Of a stretch of 64,000 bases of DNA, positions 17,983-28,002 are shown in pieces. Position 1 is the stretch's first letter. Every line of letters begins with the position of its first letter. Origin of the DNA: Holosporaceae bacterium (GTDB lineage: Bacteria; Pseudomonadota; Alphaproteobacteria; Holosporales; Hepatobacteraceae). Where the stretch lies: contig JBAJNL010000001.1 of the NCBI GenBank assembly GCA_036881885.1, positions 2,377 through 66,376 of the forward strand, in the 5' to 3' direction. The position numbers were made by a program, and so were the translations under genes. The notes under the pieces were generated by a model that had not been told where the DNA came from, ran no database searches, and worked only from the letters and a program-made list of their open reading frames with translations.

Positions 17983-20598
17983 CTAGCTGGTTTTCTTGGT
18001 AGCCAGTTCTTTTGCGGTATTGGCTTTGAAAACAAGTGTTTTGTCACCTTTGGCGCTTGTTTGCAGCGCAGCTGTGAGGTGTGTGCCGTTTAAAAGAGTG
18101 CCCTTTAAAATCATCTCTGACAAAGGGTTGCGCACATGCAGTTGCAAGGCGCGTTTTAGCGGGCGTGCGCCATAGGCGGGGTCATAGCCCTGATCCGAAA
18201 GCCAGCTAATGGCGTCTTTTGCAAAGGTGATCTCAATGTCTTTTTCTTTCAAAAGGGTTTGAACGGCGTGCAGCTGAATTTGCGTAATCTGATCCATATC
18301 AGCGCGCTGCAGGCGGCGAAACAGTAGTTGGCCGTCTAGGCGGTTTAAAAATTCGGGCTTAAAGGTGTCGCGCACGATCTTTAAAACGCCATCGCGGATT
18401 TCAGGTGTGATGTCTTCGTTCTCTTTTGTGCTGGCCAACAACTGGCTGCCCAAGTTCGAGGTTAAAATAATCAAGGTGTTCGAAAAGTTCACAACATGGC
18501 CTTGGCTGTCGGTTAAGCGGCCATCATCAAGCATTTGCAAAAGTAAGTTAAAAACCTCGGGATGTGCTTTTTCAACCTCGTCAAACAGAACCACTTGATA
18601 AGGGCGGCGGCGGACAGCTTCGGTTAATGTGCCGCCTTCCTCATAGCCAACATAGCCAGGGGGTGCGCCAATAAGGCGTGCAACAGCGTGTCGCTCCATA
18701 TATTCCGACATATCAATGCGCAAAAGAGCGTTGTCGTCGTTAAACAAAAAAGCGGCCAGGGCTTTGCAAAGCTCGGTCTTGCCAACGCCAGTGGGGCCCA
18801 AAAACAAAAAAGAGCCCATGGGGCGCTTGGGGTCCGATAGACCCGCGCGCGAGCGCCTAACGGCTTGGCTGACCGCCTTGATGGCTTCTTGTTGGCCCAC
18901 AACGCGCTTTGAAAGAACGTCTTCCATGTGCAGCAGCTTTTCTTGCTCGCTTGAGAGCATTTTATCAACGGGAATACCGGTCCATTTCGACACAATGGCG
19001 GCAATATCTTCTGCGTCAATCACCTCTTTCAGCAGGTGCTTGTCTTGATGCGTTTCGGCCTCTTTCAAGCTGGCTTCAAGGGTGGGGATTTTGCTATACA
19101 TCAGCTCACCTGCACGCGCAAGGTCTCCGTCACGTTGTGCTTTTTCAAGGTCGTGGCGTGCCTTGTCCAGATCTTCCTTCAGCATCTGAAGGCGCTTCAG
19201 CTGCCCTTTTTCCTCTTGCCAATCGGCGGTTAATTTTTGCAAGTTGGCTTCGCGCTTTTTAATATCCGCTTCTAAAGCTTCAAGGCGGCTTTTTGAGGCG
19301 GCGTCTTTTTCGCGCTTTAAAGCTTCTTGCTCCATTTTAAGGTGAATCAGTTGGCGCTCTTGCTTGTCCAAGGCTTCGGGTTTTGAGTGAACGGCCATCT
19401 TAAGGCGCGAGGCGGCCTCATCCATCAAGTCAATCGCTTTATCTGGCAAAAAGCGGTCTTGAATATAACGCGCCGAAAGCTTGACGGCGGCAATCAGGGC
19501 GCCGTCGGCAATGCGAATGCCATGGTGTAGCTCGTATTTCTCTTTTAAGCCGCGTAAAATAGAAATGGCGCTTTCCACCGAAGGCTCGCCCACGTAAACC
19601 GGCTGAAACCGCCTGGCTAGTGCGGCATCCTTTTCGATATATTTTTTGTACTCATCAAGGGTGGTGGCGCCAATGCAATGCAATTCGCCGCGCGCCAAGG
19701 CAGGTTTTAGCATGTTCGAGGCATCCATGGCGCCATCTGCTTTGCCGGCGCCCACTAAAGTGTGTAGCTCGTCAATAAACAAAACGATGCGTCCTTGGCT
19801 GGCGATGATTTCAGACAGAACGGCCTTTAGGCGTTCTTCAAACTCACCTCTAAACTTTGCGCCTGCAATCAAAGCGCCCATGTCCAGTGAAATCAGCGTG
19901 GTGTCTTTAAGGGTGTCCGGAATATCGCCCTGAATAATGCGGTGGGCTAAACCCTCGGCAATGGCGGTTTTGCCCACGCCTGGCTCGCCAATCAGCACCG
20001 GATTATTTTTGGTGCGCCTTAATAAAACCTGAATGGTGTGGCGTATCTCGTCATCGCGCCCAATGACGGGATCCACTTTGCCTTCGCGCGCAAGGGCGGT
20101 CATGTCTTTGCCATACTTGCGTAAGGCGTCATAGGTGGCCTCGGCGTTGTCGCTGTCAGCCGCCCGCCCTTGGCGTATTTTATCAATATAGCCCCTCGCG
20201 GCTTTCAGTTGCCCGCCTTTTTCTTCTAAAAGCGTTTTCACAACACCAGGGGCTTTAAAAAGCGCTAATAGCAGCGTATCCAGGGTGATAAACTGATCGC
20301 CTTTTTCTTTGGCAATGCTTTCGGCAACTTGCAGCACGTGCGCCAGCTCGGACGACATATAAGGCTTGGGTGTGGCCTCGGTTGAAAGGGGCAGTTGTGT
20401 CAGTTTTGCATCAACGGCAGCCTTAAGATCGGCCAGCTTTACACCCGCTTGTAACAACACATCTTCCGCAAGATTTTTTTCGTGTTGCAAAAGCGCATGC
20501 AACAAATGGAGGGGAAGAAAGTTTTGGTGCTTCTGCTCTGTTGCAAAAAAATGTGCTTTTTGAACAATTTCTTGCGCTTTAGCTGTTAACTTCTCCAT
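17983..20598 (-). CDS. clpB: ATP-dependent chaperone ClpB
   Basis: It has two AAA+ modules ([18 protein letters not shown]), a long middle coiled coil and a Clp N-domain. Length is 871 aa. Confidence 0.95.
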   Translation of the reverse strand: MEKLTAKAQEIVQKAHFFATEQKHQNFLPLHLLHALLQHEKNLAEDVLLQAGVKLADLKAAVDAKLTQLPLSTEATPKPYMSSELAHVLQVAESIAKEKGDQFITLDTLLLALFKAPGVVKTLLEEKGGQLKAARGYIDKIRQGRAADSDNAEATYDALRKYGKDMTALAREGKVDPVIGRDDEIRHTIQVLLRRTKNNPVLIGEPGVGKTAIAEGLAHRIIQGDIPDTLKDTTLISLDMGALIAGAKFRGEFEERLKAVLSEIIASQGRIVLFIDELHTLVGAGKADGAMDASNMLKPALARGELHCIGATTLDEYKKYIEKDAALARRFQPVYVGEPSVESAISILRGLKEKYELHHGIRIADGALIAAVKLSARYIQDRFLPDKAIDLMDEAASRLKMAVHSKPEALDKQERQLIHLKMEQEALKREKDAASKSRLEALEADIKKREANLQKLTADWQEEKGQLKRLQMLKEDLDKARHDLEKAQRDGDLARAGELMYSKIPTLEASLKEAETHQDKHLLKEVIDAEDIAAIVSKWTGIPVDKMLSSEQEKLLHMEDVLSKRVVGQQEAIKAVSQAVRRSRAGLSDPKRPMGSFLFLGPTGVGKTELCKALAAFLFNDDNALLRIDMSEYMERHAVARLIGAPPGYVGYEEGGTLTEAVRRRPYQVVLFDEVEKAHPEVFNLLLQMLDDGRLTDSQGHVVNFSNTLIILTSNLGSQLLASTKENEDITPEIRDGVLKIVRDTFKPEFLNRLDGQLLFRRLQRADMDQITQIQLHAVQTLLKEKDIEITFAKDAISWLSDQGYDPAYGARPLKRALQLHVRNPLSEMILKGTLLNGTHLTAALQTSAKGDKTLVFKANTAKELATKKTS

Positions 20599-20617
20599 GC
20601 GCCCTCCGTTCTAAGCG

Positions 20618-21169
20618 CTACTCCTCTGCTTTGGGGGAAGCAGTGCGCGTGCTTGCTTTGCTAGTGCTTGCTTTAGATGGTGTCTTTCTAGCCGCAACCG
20701 ATGTGCGTTTCAGTGTTTTCGGCTTTTCTTCAGCTGGTTTGGGTGGCGCTTCCTTGGCTGTTTCTTTGGGCGCTTCTGACGTGACAAGGAACGAGGGCAA
20801 TTCTTCAGTGGCTGCAGCCGCTTCTGCTGTTCTTTGTGTGGTGGGCGTTTCTTTTAAGGGGGCCGCGTTTTCACCTGGTTTGCTGGCGCCGCTGTCGTCT
20901 GACGGTGCGTTTTTAGGTGGTACCTTAGTGGCTTTGTGTTGGGCTAAAAGGCGTCTGTAATGTTCGGCATGTTGAAAAAAGCTTTCAGCTTCGGCGAAAT
21001 CTCTGCCACCTAAAGCCTCTTTGCCTAAAGCCATGTAACGATCGACAAGATGTTGCAGGTTGCCGCGTACTTTGCCCGCAGGGCCCACGCTTTCAATTGT
21101 ACTGTCTTTTGAGGGAAACCGATTGCCACGGTTGCTTTGCCCGTGTCGGCGCGAAGAGTTTATTTTCAT
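20618..21169 (-). CDS. DUF4167 domain protein
   Basis: The conserved alphaproteobacterial N-block is present (NLQHLVDRYMALGKEALGGRDFAEAESFFQHAEHY), followed by a Pro/Ala/Lys-rich tail. Confidence 0.65.
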   Translation of the reverse strand: MKINSSRRHGQSNRGNRFPSKDSTIESVGPAGKVRGNLQHLVDRYMALGKEALGGRDFAEAESFFQHAEHYRRLLAQHKATKVPPKNAPSDDSGASKPGENAAPLKETPTTQRTAEAAAATEELPSFLVTSEAPKETAKEAPPKPAEEKPKTLKRTSVAARKTPSKASTSKASTRTASPKAEE

Positions 21170-21480
21170 AAGAGTCGACTAATAACCATTTCAATCTTTA
21201 ACACAGCACCACTGGTCTGTCTGCTTTTATGCATACATCCCATTCTTATTTGAATACAAAAGATGCCTTAAAAAAGCGTAAAACAAAAACAACGTCAACG
21301 CCAACCTTAACAAAAAAGTAAAGAAATAAAAAGGGCCTTTTTTATCGCCTTTTTACCAAGAAGTCATTTTCTTCGCAATAAAAAACATCTAAAACAGAGG
21401 TATTTGGACATGCTTGAGTGATTTTTTTGATTATTTTAGCTATAGTGAATGGAAGGTGAGTGGTATCCTTTGGGGTTTGA

Positions 21481-21804
21481 ATGGTGCGTTATCAAATCAA
21501 CATTACCTTGTTTTTTGTTTTTTTTGGTTTTTCGTGTGTCATGCTTTATGCGTGGGGCGAGCCCGAGCAAGTGCCGCAGCAGCAGTGCCGCAACAAATGT
21601 CTTAAAACAAATGTAATTTGCTATTTCAGTGGTGGCCATGGCTGCCGTGACATTTATCAGCAGTGTGAAGACAGTTGTCAGCCCGATGGGGAAGAAGGTG
21701 GCATCAGTGAGGGTGATGGCATGGCGCCCGAAGAAGAGATCCTTCAGCTTGAAAAGCGTAAAAACGCTTTGTTTGCACTGCATGAAAGCGATGCTGCGTT
21801 CTAA
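21481..21804 (+). CDS. hypothetical small Cys-rich secreted protein
   Basis: It has a hydrophobic N-terminus (INITLFFVFFGFSCVMLYAWG), a region with 8 Cys and an acidic tail. Coding status is uncertain. Confidence 0.3.
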   Translation: MVRYQINITLFFVFFGFSCVMLYAWGEPEQVPQQQCRNKCLKTNVICYFSGGHGCRDIYQQCEDSCQPDGEEGGISEGDGMAPEEEILQLEKRKNALFALHESDAAF

Positions 21805-21870
21805 GGAATAGCGTACCCCCTTTGTGCAGGGGGGTTGTAAATTTTTGTAAAACCGTTATCACCTTGTGAT

Positions 21871-23259
21871 ATGGCGAAAAAATGTGATCTTGCAATTATT
21901 GGTGGTGGCCCTGCGGGCTACACGGCGGCGCTGAGAGCCTCTGAAAAAGGCTTTCGGGTTGTGTGCATTGAAAAAGACGGCTTGGGGGGCACGTGCTTGC
22001 AGCGTGGCTGTATTCCCTCGAAGGCGTTGCTGCACACAGCGCATGTGTACCATCAAGTGCTGCATGTGAAAGATATGGGCCTTAAGGCGCAAGAGGTGGG
22101 TTTTTCACTGCCAGCGATTCAAAAGCGTTGTCAGCAGACAATTGGTGCCCTTGAGCAGGGTATTGGCACTTTGTTTAAAGCAGCGGGTGTTGAACATCTC
22201 AAAGCCACAGCACAGCTAACGGGTGGGCGGTCGCTCAGCCTTCAAAGCAAAGACGGCAAAACAGAGTTGCTGGCTGAAAAAGCCATTGTGCTGGCATCGG
22301 GGTCTGTTCCCTTTATGCCGCCACAGCTGCCAAAGCATGCGCGTCTTTTGTCGTCTGATGAAGCGTTGTCCTTGGATCACTTGCCCAAAACCCTGATTGT
22401 GGTTGGTGGTGGGTACATTGGCCTTGAGCTTGGACTGTTTTGGGCACGTTTGGGTACACGTGTTTCGGTGATCGAGGCTGCCCCAAACCTTTTGCCTGCC
22501 TGTGACGACGATGTGCGAGCCGTGTTGCAAAAAGAGCTTGAAAAGGCTGGCGTGACTTTTTACCTTGGTGCCGCGATGGAAAGTGCTAAAGGGACCGATA
22601 AAACGGCCGAGATCAAGGTCTTGCAGGCTGGTGAAACAAAAGAGCTTAAGGCAGATTATGCATTACTTGCGTTGGGGCGCAGAGCCGCCAGAGAAGGCCT
22701 TGGTTTAAAAGAGGCAGGCGTTCAGACCGACGAAAATGGCTTTATCATTGTGGATGATGGGTTTCAAACATCTCAGCCTGGCGTTTATGCGGTAGGTGAT
22801 GCCATTGGTGGTGCTATGTTAGCACACAAGGCCGAAAAAGAAGCCGAGGTGCTGATTCAACATTTTGCAGGTCAGCATAACGTTTTACAGTATGGCTTGA
22901 TTCCCTCCGTGATTTATACCGACCCCCAAATCGCATCGGTTGGCTTTTCTGAAAAAGAATTGAAAACGCAAGATGTTCCGTACGTTAGTGCTAAGGCGTT
23001 TTATGCGGCAAACGGCAGGGCCAAAGCGGCAGGCTACACGGCGGGGTTTCTGAAATTGCTGGCGCATCGCACCTCGGGGCGCCTTTTGGGTGTGCATATT
23101 GTTGGTGAGGATGCCGAGACACTGATAGACAAAGGCGTTTTAGCCATGCATTTAGGTGCCAGCGTGTTTGATCTTGTCGCAATGGTGCATGCCCATCCAA
23201 CTTTAAGTGAACTTTATAAAGAGGCAGCCCATAGCCTGGCTTTAAAAGTTGTCAAATGA
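21871..23259 (+). CDS. lpdA: dihydrolipoyl dehydrogenase (E3)
   Basis: It has an FAD motif (IIGGGPAGYTAA), the redox disulfide GGTCLQRGCIPSK and a C-terminal HAHPTLSE. Confidence 0.9.
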   Translation: MAKKCDLAIIGGGPAGYTAALRASEKGFRVVCIEKDGLGGTCLQRGCIPSKALLHTAHVYHQVLHVKDMGLKAQEVGFSLPAIQKRCQQTIGALEQGIGTLFKAAGVEHLKATAQLTGGRSLSLQSKDGKTELLAEKAIVLASGSVPFMPPQLPKHARLLSSDEALSLDHLPKTLIVVGGGYIGLELGLFWARLGTRVSVIEAAPNLLPACDDDVRAVLQKELEKAGVTFYLGAAMESAKGTDKTAEIKVLQAGETKELKADYALLALGRRAAREGLGLKEAGVQTDENGFIIVDDGFQTSQPGVYAVGDAIGGAMLAHKAEKEAEVLIQHFAGQHNVLQYGLIPSVIYTDPQIASVGFSEKELKTQDVPYVSAKAFYAANGRAKAAGYTAGFLKLLAHRTSGRLLGVHIVGEDAETLIDKGVLAMHLGASVFDLVAMVHAHPTLSELYKEAAHSLALKVVK

Positions 23260-23362
23260 TGACTGCCTTTGGGGGTGTTTTGCGCACAAGGTAACGTGCG
23301 GTGCACACTGCCTTTTGCACAAGTGACTTGCAAAAAACAATAACTTTTTTCATAACAAAGGC

Positions 23363-24559
23363 ATGGCTCTTCAAAACCGACCCTTTTTTTTACACCTCTT
23401 TGCGCGTGTTGCTATTTTGCTTGTGTTTGCAAAGGCTGCACATTCAGGCGCGACTTACACGCCCAGTGTGCCCTTTAGTGATGGTGCGAAGCAGATCATT
23501 TTGTACGATATGCTGACCGATACGGTGTTGTTTGAGAAAAACGCGCATCAAGCAATGACGCCGTCATCCATGACAAAGGTGCTGTTGGTCTATATGGCCT
23601 TTGCAAAGCTGAAAAACGGCCAGGCCTCTTTGCAAGATTTGGTTCGGGTGAGTGCTAAAGCGCGCCATATGCAAGGCTCGCGCATGTTTCTAGAGCTTGC
23701 TTCAGACGTGACTCTAGAACAGCTTTTGCAAGGGGTGATTGTGCACTCGGGCAATGATGCGTCGGTTGCGCTTGCCGAAGGGCTTTATGGATCCGAGCAG
23801 GCGGCTGTGGCTGAGGCAAATCGCCTGGCACAAGAGTTTGGCTTGCGCCAAAGTCATTTTACAAACGTGACCGGATGGCCTGACTCAGATCATGTCTCGA
23901 CGGCTTACGATATCTTGCGTTTGGGCATTCAAACCATTCGGGACTTTCCCCAGATGTACCGGCGTTTTTATGCGCAAAAATTCTTAACACACAACAAAAT
24001 CAAACAATACAATCGCAACCCCCTTGTGCATCGCGGCTTGGGCGATGGCCTTAAAACGGGTACCACCGAAAAAGGGGGATATGGTTTGTTGGGCTCGGCC
24101 AAAAAGAAAGGGCGGCGTTTGGTTTTTGTGATTAACGGTCTGTCGGGCAATGCCGCGCGGGCGCGGGCAGCCTTTTCTTTGCTGAACTGGGGGTTCAAAA
24201 ATTTTGACACCGTCACACTGTTTAAAAAAGGTGATGTTGTGGGGCGTGTGGCGGTGGAAGAAGGTGTGCAAAAGCAGGTGTCTGTTGTGGCGCCGCATGA
24301 TATTGTGGTGGCGTATCCTCGCGGTCTTAAAACGCGTGTCAGGGTGCGTTGCGTTGAACAAACGCTGAAGGCTCCCTTTAAAAAAGGTGATGCCGGTGGT
24401 CTGCTGCAAATTACATCACCTTCTTTGCCGCTGAAGACGGTGCCGCTTGTGGTGGGGCAAGATGTCAAACGTTTGTCTTGGGCAGGTCGGCAATGGGCAC
24501 GTTTGTATCAAGCGATTGCGGGGCTTTTTGTGGTCGAGGAAGCAGGTTTGTCCGCATGA
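23363..24559 (+). CDS. D-alanyl-D-alanine carboxypeptidase (PBP5/6 family)
   Basis: It has a signal-like N-terminus and the motifs SMTK (SxxK), SGND (SxN) and KTGTT (KTG). Confidence 0.85.
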   Translation: MALQNRPFFLHLFARVAILLVFAKAAHSGATYTPSVPFSDGAKQIILYDMLTDTVLFEKNAHQAMTPSSMTKVLLVYMAFAKLKNGQASLQDLVRVSAKARHMQGSRMFLELASDVTLEQLLQGVIVHSGNDASVALAEGLYGSEQAAVAEANRLAQEFGLRQSHFTNVTGWPDSDHVSTAYDILRLGIQTIRDFPQMYRRFYAQKFLTHNKIKQYNRNPLVHRGLGDGLKTGTTEKGGYGLLGSAKKKGRRLVFVINGLSGNAARARAAFSLLNWGFKNFDTVTLFKKGDVVGRVAVEEGVQKQVSVVAPHDIVVAYPRGLKTRVRVRCVEQTLKAPFKKGDAGGLLQITSPSLPLKTVPLVVGQDVKRLSWAGRQWARLYQAIAGLFVVEEAGLSA

Positions 24560-25209
24560 GCACACAGGTGCAAAAACGCCTTTTTATCACCTTTGAGGGG
24601 GGGGATGGCGCTGGTAAAACAACACAAATACACCGTTTAAGCCAGTTTCTGACCAAGCAAGGTATTGATCACATCACAACACGAGAGCCCGGCGGTGCGC
24701 CGTTTTCTGAAAAACTGCGCAATGTGATGCTGGGTGAACAAGGTCGCGATGCGCAGCCTTTAACACAGGCGCTGTTAATGACGGCGGCGCGTTTCGAGCA
24801 TGTCACAAAAGTGATCCAGCCCGCTCTTGAAAAAGGGCAGTGGGTTTTAAGTGATCGTTTTTTAGATTCAACAACTGTGTATCAAGGGTTCGCGCTGGGG
24901 GTGCCGCAACCCACGCTTATGCAGCTACATAAAATGGTTCTGGGTAATTTTAAGCCAGATATTACCTTTGTGTTTAGGTTAGGCGCTCATTTGGCCGAAA
25001 AGCGTGGGTCTTCAAAGCATCAAAATCATTATGACTTGCAAGATATTGCGTTTCGGCAGCGTGTCATGCAAGGATTTGATCAGTTGATCGAAGACAACCC
25101 GCTTCGCTGTATTGGCATCGACGCCGAACAAAGTGTTGAACATATCACCGCTTTTATTCGCGAAGCGTTGGTGCATCACGGCGTGATTTTAGACAAGGCC
25201 CATTCCTAA
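24556..25209 (+). CDS. tmk: thymidylate kinase
   Basis: The P-loop FITFEGGDGAGKTTQ is present. The ATG overlaps the preceding TGA in ATGA at 24556..24559. Confidence 0.85.
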   Translation: MSTQVQKRLFITFEGGDGAGKTTQIHRLSQFLTKQGIDHITTREPGGAPFSEKLRNVMLGEQGRDAQPLTQALLMTAARFEHVTKVIQPALEKGQWVLSDRFLDSTTVYQGFALGVPQPTLMQLHKMVLGNFKPDITFVFRLGAHLAEKRGSSKHQNHYDLQDIAFRQRVMQGFDQLIEDNPLRCIGIDAEQSVEHITAFIREALVHHGVILDKAHS

Positions 25210-25413
25210 TGATGCTTGCCAATGAAGCGCTTAGGCAGCTTTAGCATTGTTGCCCGCTTGTAAGTAGCCTGTCACAGATAAAACGTTTTTCAATCAATAA
25301 GATGTGCTTTCGGCATTGTGAAAGCAAAGGTGCGCGGCTTTTTTGAAAGAGGTTTCTCTTTTTTCATCTTTTTGTATCTAAAATAGATATAAATGGAGTG
25401 TGGGTCTTCTTAA

Positions 25414-26757
25414 ATGACTACAAGAATTGTCTTTTGTTTTTTGTTTTCTTTTTTGTGCGGGGTCTCTTTTCTAAAAGGGGATTTTTTCTTAGGAACCAAG
25501 CCGCTTAAAAAAAAGCCCCAGGCAATAGAGGTTTTTTTTGAGCCCTGCGTCAAAGGTGATAAAGCGCGTGTCATCTTGTATGCCGCTGGTAGCGTGGTTT
25601 TTAAGGGTTGCCTTAAAGAGGCTGCGACCCTTTTAATGCCGTTGCTGCCTAAAGAGCAGGTCCAGATTCAAAAAGGTGTTTTAGCCTATGAAAAAGATTT
25701 GACCAGTTTTATTGCAGAAAGTGATCGCAGGGCCTTTATAAAAGAGATGGCAACGGCTTTGTTTTATGCCGATTTAAAGGCCTTGGGCGCCGAGCGTGAC
25801 AAAAGACTTGCAGCTCTTTTTCCAACGACAGCCTTACCATCTGCAAAGGGGCCACAACCTGATGAGCCTAAAGATCATGCAACTGCCTGTGCCGAAGAAG
25901 CAACGCATGTTTTTGGCCCGTGGAATGCCGAGATAACGCAGCAAGACGCAGACAGTAAGGGCGGTATCCGTGAAGACGGTTTCTTAAAACGTCCCCATGT
26001 GCCGCAACGTTTGGGCGGCCAAAACGGCGGCCAAGCACCCGGCGCAGACGGTTGGCGCTTTATCAAGGGTGATGGGCGCGAAACGCCAGCAAATGCGTTA
26101 CAGGTGGTTTTGTGGCCAGGCAAGGTGCAATTGCAAAATGCCGATGGAAACAACCTGTGGGTTCCTTTGATTTTTACAGTCAAAGAGCGCAAAGATGCTG
26201 CCAAAACGCGTGCGCAAGCCCTGTGCTTTTTTTGGGTACGCGCCATGGCGTGTTTGGGCACAAACGATTTGCAGGGGCCCTTAAGCAAGCAAATTGGTGC
26301 ACTCACTTTGATTGAGCGTTCCAAAGGTGATGACACGCCCCAGCAAGCAGTGCGCGTGGGTGAGAAAGTTGAAGAGGCGTGGATTGTGCACCCTGACAGC
26401 CAACGCAAGGTGCTTCATGCCTCGTTAAAAGAAACACCACAGGCGCAGCATGTTTTGTCACTGTTTGATATCGGCGGCGTGGGGGTGTGGCAGGCAGCCA
26501 AAGGCACAAGCCGTGGCAAGATGCATATTGTGGCCATGAAGCCGGTAGGGGTCGATAATCAGCCCGGCCAGTGGGCCTTTTCACGCATGGCTACCTATCG
26601 TCAGTCAGCTTTTAAGCCGTGTCCCTTGCGTTTTGCGGCGGGAACAAGGCTGCTGATAGGGCACACCCTCTCCCCCAAAACGACTGAAGAGGTGGTGCAC
26701 AAAAGTCAGGCGTCTAAGGTACCATCTTTCCCCAATGCCAAGCCCGCCTTACAATAA
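25414..26757 (+). CDS. hypothetical secreted protein, paralog family P (member 1)
   Basis: The N-terminus is signal-like (MTTRIVFCFLFSFLCGVSFL). It shares blocks with 28003..29313: FFWVRAMACLGTNDL versus VEIFLKGMVCLGHDEV, and CPLRFAAGTRLLIGH versus CPLRLASGLRFFTAH. Confidence 0.55.
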   Translation: MTTRIVFCFLFSFLCGVSFLKGDFFLGTKPLKKKPQAIEVFFEPCVKGDKARVILYAAGSVVFKGCLKEAATLLMPLLPKEQVQIQKGVLAYEKDLTSFIAESDRRAFIKEMATALFYADLKALGAERDKRLAALFPTTALPSAKGPQPDEPKDHATACAEEATHVFGPWNAEITQQDADSKGGIREDGFLKRPHVPQRLGGQNGGQAPGADGWRFIKGDGRETPANALQVVLWPGKVQLQNADGNNLWVPLIFTVKERKDAAKTRAQALCFFWVRAMACLGTNDLQGPLSKQIGALTLIERSKGDDTPQQAVRVGEKVEEAWIVHPDSQRKVLHASLKETPQAQHVLSLFDIGGVGVWQAAKGTSRGKMHIVAMKPVGVDNQPGQWAFSRMATYRQSAFKPCPLRFAAGTRLLIGHTLSPKTTEEVVHKSQASKVPSFPNAKPALQ

Positions 26758-26776
26758 AGACAAGGGTGGCATTGAT

Positions 26777-27841
26777 TTAGTTCACTACCGGTGACGTGGA
26801 TGTTAACGAGATGTGTATGTCAGACGAGCCCCCCCCCCCAGGCTTTGTGCGCGAACTAAATCTTTGCTTAATCGCTGCAAACTTTTTTCGTGCTGCGTTA
26901 AAACCTTTTTGTGGCAACTTAACAAACACTTTATGCAGTGTCGAGCCCATGGCATTAACGGCCTCGTTGCATTTTTTGAAAAATTTCTTCCTTAATTTGT
27001 TAAATTCGCGCAGATTTTCTTGTGTCACCGAAACCAGTTCTCTTGACTTTTTAATGTCGCTGTCAATCTGCGTGTATTGCTCTTTTTTTAAAGCGTCAAA
27101 GCCGTCATATCTTTTATCTGGGGATTCCTTGATATTACAAATGCTGTTGAGGTGATCTTCTAATGTTTTTTTCATGTCGCGACATTTCGGTACAAGCTCC
27201 TCTAGTTCAGTTTGCCGAAGATTAAGATAACTGGCTTGCCTGCCATGAAAAATTCTTTGAGCTTCGAAGAAATTTTCTTTGGCGCTTCGGTATTTAGATG
27301 CAGGATCTTGCCCAATCAGCTTGATTAGAACCTTTTTAACGGATCTTTCCCCTTTTGCAACGTTTGTGTCAACTCTTAAAAGATCGTCGTCAAGTGCTTT
27401 GATTGCGCTATCGGCTGCTTTCATTTTTTGTCCGATCCTTTTTTGATCCTCAGTAGCGTTCGCAAGCTCGGTCGTTGCTTCTGCCAAAACCGTCTCAAGA
27501 CTTTCAATCCGCGGTTTAAGCTGTCTTTTTAAAGCGCGATGTTTCTTAATCGTTTTTTCTGTTGCTGTTTTTTTTCTAAAAGGGTTACTTTGCTTAAGCT
27601 TTTGGCCCCACTCTTTGAACATCTCGCCCCAACTTTGTTTCTGTCCTTCCTGGGAGTTGACGACATTATCATATGCTGGGGGCATGTCGTTCTCGGGTGG
27701 GGCAGTGGGACTGCTGTCACCCCCTAAGTTCACTGCTTCAAATTTTTTATCAATATCTTTGTGTGCCAAAAGGCCTTGTGGTTGCCAGATAAAGCTTCCG
27801 CAAACGATGAAAGCAAAAAAGACTTTTTGAAAAGCAGACAT
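26777..27841 (-). CDS. hypothetical secreted coiled-coil protein
   Basis: It has a signal-like N-terminus, a long charged helical region, a PPAY motif and a G11 tract near the 3' end. The gene is visibly AT-richer than its neighbours. Confidence 0.55.
   Translation of the reverse strand: MSAFQKVFFAFIVCGSFIWQPQGLLAHKDIDKKFEAVNLGGDSSPTAPPENDMPPAYDNVVNSQEGQKQSWGEMFKEWGQKLKQSNPFRKKTATEKTIKKHRALKRQLKPRIESLETVLAEATTELANATEDQKRIGQKMKAADSAIKALDDDLLRVDTNVAKGERSVKKVLIKLIGQDPASKYRSAKENFFEAQRIFHGRQASYLNLRQTELEELVPKCRDMKKTLEDHLNSICNIKESPDKRYDGFDALKKEQYTQIDSDIKKSRELVSVTQENLREFNKLRKKFFKKCNEAVNAMGSTLHKVFVKLPQKGFNAARKKFAAIKQRFSSRTKPGGGGSSDIHISLTSTSPVVN
26829..26839 (-). repeat. homopolymeric tract, G11 on the coding strand
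   Basis: C11 on the plus strand encodes the GGGG in ...RTKPGGGGSSDIH... It is the longest homopolymer G/C run I saw in the window. Confidence 0.9.
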
Positions 27842-28002
27842 GCTATTGAGCCTAAAGAGTATTTAATGTTAAAAAGGCAAAAAGCATGCCGATCTCTTTT
27901 TTGTATAAAACGTTGTTTTTTATCATAAAAATGTTTTATAGATTTTAATCTATTGATTTAATTTATTTTTTAAAGCCATTCATCTTTACCAAAGGATCTT
28001 TT

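Noticed and set aside
18624-19262. Antisense or alternative-frame ORFs inside clpB (18365..18598, 18624..19019, 18716..19048, 18909..19262, 19036..19233, 19646..19933, 20366..20563).
   Set aside because: They are embedded in a clearly conserved 871-aa ClpB frame, and their products are low-complexity with no motifs.
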